Below are positions 1-11,600 of a stretch of 64,000 nt of DNA, piece by piece (the stretch's first letter is position 1; every line of letters begins with the position of its first letter). The position numbers were made by a program, and so were the translations under genes. The stretch is from positions 15,066,001-15,130,000 of the forward strand of contig CM022672.1 in NCBI GenBank assembly GCA_012295275.1. The letters are read 5' to 3'. A model generated the notes under the pieces. That model was given only the letters and a program-made list of their open reading frames with translations. It did no database searches and had not been told where the DNA came from. Origin of the DNA: Chrysomallon squamiferum (lineage: Eukaryota; Animalia; Mollusca).

Positions 1-208
1 CCATTCCCAATCTTTATCCTATGTTTGTTCTTTATTGCTACCCTATAGTAAATTTTCATTAGAAAGGTAAAAGTTTTTAAATTCTATTATCTTTCTAATG
101 AATACTTTCATATTACATTATGAAATTAATGACTGCAGATATCTAAACATAGTCTAAAATTAGATATACATATAAAAAATAAAAAAAGTGTTTTGCTTTT
201 CATTTCAG

Positions 209-1659
<1,451 letters not shown>

Positions 1660-1775
1660 ATGTATCACAAAGATTTCTGACTGAAATAAAATTCTGTTTC
1701 TCGATTAATAAAAATGTGTTATCACATTGAATAATTTTATTTTTATGTAGTTGGATAATTCACCAAACACAAATA

Positions 1776-1777
1776 CA

Positions 1778-1833
<56 letters not shown>

Positions 1834-1965
1834 TAATAATAATAATAATAATAACAATGATAATGATGATAATGCTGATGATTAGGGTGGTGGTAATGAT
1901 GGTCATAATCATAATGATGATGTCGACACAACAAACAACAACAACGATTATTATGATTTTTATTA
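1776..1965. repeat. (AAT)n/(GAT)n/(AAC)n compound microsatellite downstream of Hog copy 1
   Basis: Visible triplet runs. A homologous compound run lies at ~6132-6235 after copy 2, so it belongs to the duplicated unit. Confidence 0.9.
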
Positions 1966-3145
1966 TTATAATTGTTTTGTTTTTTTTGTTTTTTTTGAAA
2001 GGCCTCCTCAGATCTGAAAGTCCTAAATTTTACGTCTAGAATTATTTTTTTTTCAGCCTAAATAACTAACACTCTCTCTCTCTCTCTCTGTCTCTGTCTG
2101 TCTGTGTGCGTATATGTCTCATACTGACATAATCTCAGTCGTAAAAACTGTAGGGTCGTCTACTACTATTACTCCTTCATCGTCCACAACTACTTGTACC
2201 ACTAGCACGACCAATGCCATTGCAACCAACTACACGTGTTACTTCAGCTACTCTTTAACACAGTAAGATCACCTACTTTGAGTGAGAGATATTAAGATCA
2301 TCCGGGCAATTTTCTGTGTTGAATATATATATAATCAGTCACCTGGTTTAACAGATCCAGAAGATTCGAGGAAGAAAAATCATATTAAATAAATTTAAAT
2401 TATGTTCTGCTGAACGATGTTTCATACTGAAAAGAGACGACAAGCACATTATAATATTCAAATTAGAGAATAGATAACAGAGAACTGTAAATAAAAAAAA
2501 AAAGGCAAAACATAGCCTGCTTTTGGATATTTTATTTTGAGTAATAAACTTACAGCGTATGATGATGTGAACACACATCTGTCTGAAACTCGTGACAGAT
2601 AAAGAGACATCTTGCGTGTATCAAAGCATGTGATATACATGCATAACGTATAAAATACACACGTATGTCCTTAAAATACATACATATGTATTTGAAATTA
2701 CAATAGTATTTTGATTCTGTATAAATACATATATGTACATATTTTGAATTAATACAAGAGATTTGTAATTTTACAAACTTTTGTTTAGCAATATTTCCTC
2801 TGTATCAAAGACAGTTATACTAAATAGTGTAAATATGTGTCTCAAGAACATAAATATCGCTGCTCATAATTAACATGGGGAATACGCACACATACACCCA
2901 TACCCACGCACACATATATAAAACATATTTGCAATACAAATAATAAATTTTCAAAAATCTGCAAAACCTTTCCCGTTATATAACTAATTATGACAATATG
3001 GTAATGCTGCGCGACCCAAAATGGAAATATTCAACCAAAGTCAGGTACCACAAATATGTGCAAACTTTTTAAGATTAATATTAAAAATAACACTGCATGA
3101 AATATTTCTTATTACAGAATAAAAATGATCCAGATTATAGCATAT

Positions 3146-3181
<36 letters not shown>

Positions 3182-3613
3182 CCTTTTAAAACACTTGCGG
3201 TTATTATAGCCATCGTAACAATCTGTTGAATATTTGTTAATTATTTCTAGATAATGGTAAAACGATAAATTATTTTAAAAATAAAATTATAAATGAAATA
3301 TTTCACAACATTAATTTAAATATTTCCATATTCAGAAATAGAAAAAAAAAAATGTCGTAGCGACTTTTTTTTTTTATGTATTTAAAATATTATATATATA
3401 TATATATATAAATCGTGTACGCCAGTGATCATCAGAACTACTACAGGCATTTATTATTAGAATAAAACAATAACGAGATCTTCTCACTCTTCGTTTTGCG
3501 GTAGAGGTTAAACACTTTTGTATTTTTATAAATTAGTTCGACGACTTTATTACGGATAGAATTTATTAAATAACTGTCACGTTATTTATCGAAGAAAGAA
3601 GCGCAGCTGCTAC

Positions 3614-5987
3614 ATGGAAGCTAAATTCATCACCCTTTTTGTTATCACGAGTCAATTTTTCTTTGTTCTTTGTTTCCTTCTTTTCGTGGGAGGTTACGGT
3701 AAGACTGTGAATTCGTTTTTATCTTCAGCTGAAATATAATTAATGTTTAGATCTATTTCTTTTGAGTATAAGGAATGGAAGTATATAGACTGAATAGTCA
3801 ATCTATTCTGATGTGATCCTGGGGTGAGTTTGTAATGAAATACTGTGTAACAAATATTAAATTTTCGTTCTCTGTTTTGTCGAATATAAATTATAATCAA
3901 AGAAAACAAAACTGAACTTTACCTGAACGATAATTTTATTTACTTCAGTACCAAATAAAAAATATAAAAAATTGCAGGTATAAATATTTCGTAGGTTGAT
4001 ATAAAGAATTGAACTTTTTGCAGATTACAGCAGAACAAATACGTTTCGTTACCCGATTAGTTACAAATCTACCGACAAGCGCTTGATGCCCGAAACTGGA
4101 AAATGTTTTCCTGGGGATGCCACTGTTCTTCTGGACACAGGGAAATCCGTGCAGATGAAAAATCTTATTGCAGGGCAAAGGGTTCTCACTGGTAAGTCAA
4201 CTTTTGAATTTCCTTTCACTGTTTATAACACGTCTGTTTTCTGACTGAACGAAAGTTTGTATTAATGTCATATACACCTTATTAATTAGCAGCACCATTT
4301 CATCCTCCTAGCAAAATAGCAACTCTTTGCCACTTGCGACTGTCGTTAAAAAGGAAAACATTTTTAATTGTACAGGTATTATCCTTTTAATGAATACTTT
4401 CATATTACATTATGCTCTGCTACAGATATCTAAACATAGTCTAAAGATAAAGATACATACCAAAAAAAAAATGTGTTTTGCTTTTCATTTCAGTACAAAA
4501 TGGGAAGCGAACATTTTCTGAAGTCAGAACATTTCTTCATCGCCAACCAGAATTAAATACAACATATTTGACAATGATTACAGAACAAGGCCGTCGACTT
4601 ACTCTTTCAGAATCTCATGTTCTATTTGTTTCAGAAAATAGGTCAAGCGACATGGAACCTAGGTTTGTTTTCCCCAATTTTCCCCTCGGACGTACATTTA
4701 TCATTAAGGCTTTCCTAAATAATGTTCGTACAGCTTATGTATGAACGATTTCGTCACGGGAAAGTATACATGGTAAATCTAAGGCAAAGAATTACTAACA
4801 TTTTAGTAATAAAAACAATCCTGAACATTGTATTAACGAACTAGTGGATATAGTAAGTGGATAAATAAATGTGTAACAACTTTTCCTCTTTAAAATATGT
4901 ACGTCATCTCAGAGCCCAAGGTCGGACATTTAGCTGGTTACCGATACTGAACAAAATTCTTGTTTTTACTATTTACATCATTAACAAAAAGTGCAACATC
5001 AAATTCACAACGTTAAAACATCAACGAGTAGCCTGTATAATTTTATTTTTTATATAAAACACTAATTAGTTAAATATTATTAAAATACAATATGTAGAAC
5101 TGCAAATATAGATACCTTGACACGTTAAATAATGTTATATTGTGATCATTGTATTTAAACTTTGTTTTGAAAAAAAAAAAAATTAATAGAAAATCACAAT
5201 ATAATGTTTTAAGTGTCTTTCACATTAACATTGGAAGCAGCTAGAAAATACACGAATATCATACTTAATTTGTCTTCAGACTTATAGGAACATATCTCAT
5301 AAAATTCGATCAGGTAAATAATCTGGCAGGAAAGAAATACGATGTGCTGTTACTTTTGTTTTAAATAATATCTTTCCTTCTTCAGATTTGCTGGATCTGT
5401 GAAACCTGGTGATTATTTATTCAACGTGGAAAACTGCCCAAATGATCTCTGTTCAGAACGAGTTGTACAAATCACTGTTTCTTTAAAACAAGGTAAATCT
5501 GGTAGTGTGTGTCTGTGTGTGCGCACGGTGAGATGACGAATAAAACAGTTAATTTCATTTAGTTTTTATTTTATTTTATTTAGGACTGCAAGATGAAAAT
5601 AATAAGTGGTTACTGTCTTAAGACATCAGTTTTATCCTGCACAGCTATCATTTCTGCAGAATAAAGCTGGTATTATCTTAAAATATGAGTGCGTGTGAGT
5701 GCGTGTGAAATGTGTGTGTGTATGTGTCGATCTGACTACAAATTTGGATTATTTATACATTTATAGGTTTGTACGGTCCACTGACAGAAACGGGAACAGT
5801 TGTTGTTAATGGGATTCTGGCATCTTGCTTCGCACATTTTGTTGAACAAGACTGGCTTCAGATCACTACATTTCCATATCGACGATTTCCTTGGTTGTTA
5901 CAGCCTTGGCAAGAAGACGGTATGAGTCCTATATTGCTTATGGCAAAAAACCTGCTGCATGTTTTGTCGGTGACAGTTCACAATTAA
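3614..5987 (+). CDS. Hedgehog-related secreted Hog/Hint protein, tandem copy 2 (complete, ~249 aa): signal peptide + ~28-aa N-peptide + Hint + SRR-like tail
   Basis: Exons 3614-3698 (MEAKFITLFVITSQFFFVLCFLLFVGGY, donor GTAAGA), 4024-4191 (DYSRTNTFRYPISYKSTDKRLMPETGK|CFPGDATVLLDTGKSVQMKNLIAGQRVLT), 4494-4662, 5386-5492 and 5767-5987. They total 750 nt in one open frame. Hint Cys1 codon at 4104-4106. Exon 1 is the least certain part. Confidence 0.85.
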
Positions 5988-6339
5988 TGTAGATGGTACA
6001 TAAAGATTTCTGACTGAAGTAAAATTCTTGATCAATACAAATGTCCTTTTATAACACGCTGAATAGTATGCTGAAGTTTGTTGTTGTATTTTAATGTAGT
6101 TGTGTTACACCAAAATATAAATCACCAAACATAAATAATAATAACAATAATAATAATAATAATAATAATAATGATGATGATGATGATGATGCAATGGTGA
6201 TGATGATGTCGCACGAGAACAACAGCAATGATTATCATTTTGTTTTTGGGAAAAGCATCATCAGCTCTGAAAGACGATTGCTGTTATTTTTTGTATCGAT
6301 TATATTCAACTTTTTTTCTCTCTCCAGTAATCCTTTTTC

Positions 6340-7310
6340 TCCCTTATATGTTAATGATGGATGGAGGTCTTGTCTCAAGATAACATGCAAACATCATGAC
6401 CACCACCTGTATCTAAACCGCCAACGATTAAGACTAAAATATCTTCCGTAGTTCCTCCATAATGGCAAATACATTTAATCACTGGAACTGTCGTGGGTTT
6501 AGGTTCAACTTTTTAGAGAATAATGGTCGGCGTCACTTGAAAGAGTTCAGAGATGGATGCATCTTTGAGTTTAAGCATCTGTGAAGCAGTTTAAGCATCT
6601 TTTAAGCATCTTTGATGCAGTTGAGTGCAACAATTGTCGATGCTGACGATCCCATATCTTTTTATACTTCATACTCGAGAGGTTCACCTACGAAAGCCTA
6701 CGACGCATAACCTGCATAACTATCACCTTGATAGGACTGAAGCTCATTAAGAGATGAGACAGAATAAGAAGTCATCTTGAGAAATTATTTCTCCAACTCC
6801 ACGTAAATCTATATGGAATAGGATCCGTAAGGTCAAGGGGAAATAATTCAGTATTACTATCCATCACTTGTCTAGCAATTATCACAAATATTGCGATGTG
6901 ACATAGCCAATGCTTTGGCTGATAATTTTTGTTACAATTCGTCTTCTGCGATTTATAAAGATGATGTTCTGTTAGTTAAAAAAGAAAGAAAGGGAAAAAA
7001 AAAGAAAAAGAAAAAACTTAAAAACAGCCTATTAACTTCAAATGTGGAAATACTGAGATGTACAATTTTTTCTCTCTCTAGAAAAGCTATGGAATGTTCT
7101 TCGCAGATTTCATGATACTGCAGTAGGTCCAGCTGACATTCACTATCCACTTATTAAACACTTGCCTGAATCTTCTTTCCGATACATTTAATATAATCCA
7201 GGTTTCTGTAACTTTCCTTCCGATTGGTGGAAAGCTATTATCATTCCTATTCCGAAGCCTGGAAAATGGTTGTAAAACACTTAAAACAGTATGCTTTATC
7301 AAAATGTTCC
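6340..7310 (+). mobile_element. Degenerate, internally deleted non-LTR retrotransposon (I/Nimb-like LINE)
   Basis: ATG at 6462 is followed by HWNCRGFR (APE endonuclease start). Further fragments IWNRIRKVKGK, DIANALADNF, LLKHLPE and NFPSDWWKAIIIPIPKPGK (RT N-terminal region) carry stops and frameshifts. Confidence 0.8.
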
Positions 7311-8094
7311 TATTCTTTCCCAGACTCCTTAGTCGTACCCTGTAGGAAGTAATGCCAATCTACTCCAGCACTAATGATCATGTATTGTCAGTGTTAGTAA
7401 CTCTGCATCCATCTCTTACTCAGAATAACATTAAATATTATTATTGTCGGAAGTTAAATTTTATTATGTAAAAAGTACAGCAGCTATATTAAATCATTCC
7501 AACACAGTTTATAGAATAGGCAGAGTAAATTGAAATAAAAGGAACAAATACGAAATTTGGTTTTGAACAGACGATTCCAAGACAACTACTGCTGGTGAGA
7601 TTTGATACAGCATAAAGGATTAGTTCAGCATGGTGGCGATGTTCACACAGCTCTGGTAATAGTATTAGACAGAAGAAAGTGAATTTATCTATGGCAATAG
7701 ATTTTTATTACCGTTTTTATACAAAAAATGATTGCAAACAAAGGAATTCTCACTTGACATATAGTATGTATACAAGTATTTAATTCACAAGCTCAAATAT
7801 TGCAAGACTATAGTTAATAATTCAAGTGTACAGAATTTTGAATTGGTGCTTTTTGTATATAAAAAAATAATAAGATAAACAATTGCTAGAAAACGTTTTG
7901 CTTTAATTGACGTGCCATTTCTTTTTTTTTTTTTTATAAATGAAATTGTTCCAATGCTTCACAAGCTTTTTACACCATACTAAATTTGTTTTGTTTCATA
8001 ATTTCAGCTTTCTTTTGCAACACAAATATATAATTAACAAAAATTTATTCCACACATTTTACTTACTGTTATGTTACTAGCAGTTTTGTTCTTC

Positions 8095-8262
8095 TTTATG
8101 CCCATCTATACAGGATGGTAAATAACATGACCTCAATTTCACAAGTTGTGGTTATTTGCTACAACAAGAAATAACTCAATGGTTCACCCAAGATCAATCG
8201 CTTGCAAAACACAAAACCTTGAGCAAACGTCTACCTCTGAACTGAAGCTTAGTCCTCAGCTA
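8095..8262 (-). mobile_element. Probable degenerate tRNA-derived SINE remnant in CCT7 3' UTR
   Basis: Resembles, from memory, a common gastropod SINE-like repeat (acagg...gaaatarcycaatggktcacc...gatc...). Related fragments occur at ~54285-54370 and ~58015-58155. Not database-verified. Confidence 0.35.
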
Positions 8263-8605
8263 AACAATCTGTAGCTGAAATTTGTCTGAAGGGATTTCTT
8301 ACAGTTACATTTAATTTGTTACACTCCTAATCAGTTTTTAACAACGAAGAAAAAAAAAAAAAGAGACATTTCAATGAAAATTTATTAGAAAAAGTATTAC
8401 AAATGCATGAAGTCAGGTGCTTAGTTAAATCTTCATTTTTGTTTTATTTTTTTCACCATGGGACTAGTTGCTTTTAATGAATGGAAATGTCACAGAGCAA
8501 ATTTTATAAGTGCATATCCTTACAATACAAAGCAGCATTAGACCACAGTTTAAACAGATAACATGAAGATAGTAAACAAAATTTTAAATTAAATACAGCT
8601 GTCTA

Positions 8606-11600
8606 TTATAGTGGTCGACCATAACCCCTACCCCTGGGACCCTTAGCCGAGGATGCCCCACCACTCTCTTCTCCGCCAGACTTGGGGTTACGAATAGTTT
8701 CATCAACAGATATTACTAGACATGTAGCTTCCGCTGCTGCAGTTAAAGCGTTGATTTTAACAACGGCTGGTTCCCATACAAATGCTTCTAAGTTGTCTGT
8801 GATGTCTTCCTTCAAGATGTTTACTCCCTGCCATACTCCACCTGAAACGTAATTGACAAACTATTCAGACTGGGCATTAAGTTTTAATATGAAATTTAAA
8901 TTTAAAAAATATATGTATATACACACATGCACAGACACACACACACACACACGCAGATATTTATTAAATATGTAGTTAAATCAGCAGATTATTAGGAGTT
9001 CAGATGCAGAAAAATTAAGTTAGAAAATAAGATTTAAACATAATGAAAATGGTGTAAAAGAATGGGTAACTGGTCAACTTGTACAGATCTGCTGTGAATT
9101 TATATAATATCTGAAAAAATGGCCTTTCAAAGAACAGCACAATGAGTATAACTGTTTTCAGTGAATAATGAATAATTCTGTCCATTTGAAAAATACCTAA
9201 CATGTTAACAAAATACACATCAAAAAGATATACATCTTAAATTAATGCAATGCTACATACCTTGTGCATGGCTTTGTCTGAGTTTGTTGAGAATGTTGGT
9301 GGCATCAAAGCCTGCGTTGTCACACAACTGCCTGGGAATAATCTCCAGAGCTTTGGCAAAAGCAGCAATAAGTAATTGTTCTTTACCAGCTATGGTGTGG
9401 GAGTAATCTCTGAGATATTTGCTTAGTTCCATCTCTATAGCTCCACCACCTACACACAGACAAAAAAAACAAAACAAAAAAAACCCTATTAATTTCAATT
9501 TGTATACTAAATCTTAAAAACTAAGCCACCATGTAGAATACAAATCTACATCTATCTATGTGCATATGTATGTATATGTTTTAATAAAACATACAAATTT
9601 CAAAAAATCCACTAGAACAATAACTTCAATAAGATATTAACCTAAATAAACAAACTATTTACTTCTTAAAGAATTTGGATTAAATTTCATTAACCTCCAC
9701 AGAACATCAATGAACAATTTTCAAAAATCACATTTTACAATTACATTAGGTACCAATTAACAGCATTTCACAAACCTTCAGCTTCCATCCCTCTGGTGAG
9801 TATTAACAACAGAAAAAATGACTAATGATACACATTTTATAAGATCAAAGAAGATTGGTACAGAATTCCTGACATATAAGAAAATGGGTAAATACCTGCA
9901 ACTACAGCGTCGTTTTTCAGAGCTCTTCGTACAATCATAATAGCATCATGTAATGACCTCTCTGTCTCATCCATGAACTGCTCAGCACCACCTCGCAGTA
10001 TCAGGGTGCATGTTTTAGCTTTCGGGCAACCTTTGAAGAAGTTAAATCTGCAAGGCAATAGTTTAAAAATTGTGAAAGGACAGTTTATTTACTGATAAAA
10101 ATGTTTCTATGTTGATTTCAATGGAATTTTAAAATGCTCAAAAATAACAATGAACAAAAAAAAATAAAACCACAAATATTTTAAATCAATTACATTTCTG
10201 AAAATTACAACTCCTTTAGACAGAGAAATTAGTCCTAAAATATATAATATGAATCAGTAAGAACCAAATTTATAAATTTTGCTATCGATATTTCAGCTGT
10301 TTAAAAAACAATGATCATAATTAATGAAACTGCTGGTATTTATATACAAAATTTCAACAATAACAAAAATGACAAAATCAGAAACAAAATAAATTACATG
10401 GATTTCTCATACAGATTAACATTTGTCACTCTAAATTGTGAAACTTATTTCAAACAGTAATATATGAGCTGGAAGAATAAAACAAATTACCCATCACACC
10501 CCAACCGAAACTACTGCCAGCAATTTTCAAAGTAGACACGACAGTTAAATTTCTGAGATTCTGATAAAGTAAGAAAAGTACCTTTCTCCACCAACTTGGG
10601 TTTCTTCAAACACTTCACAGGTTCCTAGGACATCATCAGTAAGTTGTTGCACGGTGGTCTGTATGGACCCCCCGCAGGCCTTCATTGTTCTTTTGAGATC
10701 CTCCTCAGGTACTCGGCCAGCACAAAACATGTCTCTTTAACCAAAATTAGTAATTTAAAACACCATGCTATAAAACTGATGTAAATAATTATATGCCAGC
10801 TGGATGGTTAATTGAAAATTTAACTAACTGTGGGAAAATTTTATTTCTTTTTAGTGAATTTCATTTATTGTGAAAAGTTGTTTAAAAAAACTTATTTCTG
10901 AAATTGTAGATCAACCTGTAACACATTCTAACATACTGATTGAACTTATCTGAATTAAGGTTATAATCATTATTTCTTTGTTTTCTTTACCTAACTGTAA
11001 TTGATATATAGTTTAATATACTTTGAGAAATGCTTTAACACACTGAAAACAGTTTAAAATTAACAATTATAGGGCTCCATAAAAATGGTTAAAGGTGATA
11101 CTGATCATGACAAAGGAATGCTCCCATGAAACTGGATTTTTATATATATTGTAGGAAAATAATTTGCTTTATCAAAGCACAGTGCTTCATCAACAGACTG
11201 TGGAGGCATTTTTGAAAAGAATCAGGAGCAATTTCCTGCATTTATAAGTGAAAGGGTTTCTACTAGTAACACATCATATCCTGTCTGTCCATTTATTTCA
11301 TTGGTTAAATCTTCCAGTGAAGTATTCATCTTCATAACAATTTTTCCTACTTGTTTTTAAAAAGAAATTATTTTTAACAGTTTTCTGTTTTTAATGAAGT
11401 GGGCTCATGGACTATGCATAGTCAACAATTTCTAACACACAATGCACAATGCAATACTCAAACAAAGTGACCAAGCACAAATTACCATTTTCCAAGTTAC
11501 TTTTTCTGTTTTTATCCAATTGCATCTAATTTTATTCCTACCAACTGTGCTCAAGCAAACAGCCCAGTTGGAATGAAAGAAAACACAAATCAAATAAAAC

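Noticed and set aside
1743-2039. Poly-Y/H, poly-I/L and SLSL ORFs (also 826-1080 tail, 16293-16572)
   Set aside because: Translations of microsatellites.
3751-3823. Possible extra exon in Hog copy 2 intron 1 (TTTAG acceptor, GTGAGT donor)
   Set aside because: 73 nt with stops in all three frames and only a 52-nt upstream intron. At most a decayed or poison exon; direct 3698-4024 splicing is in frame.
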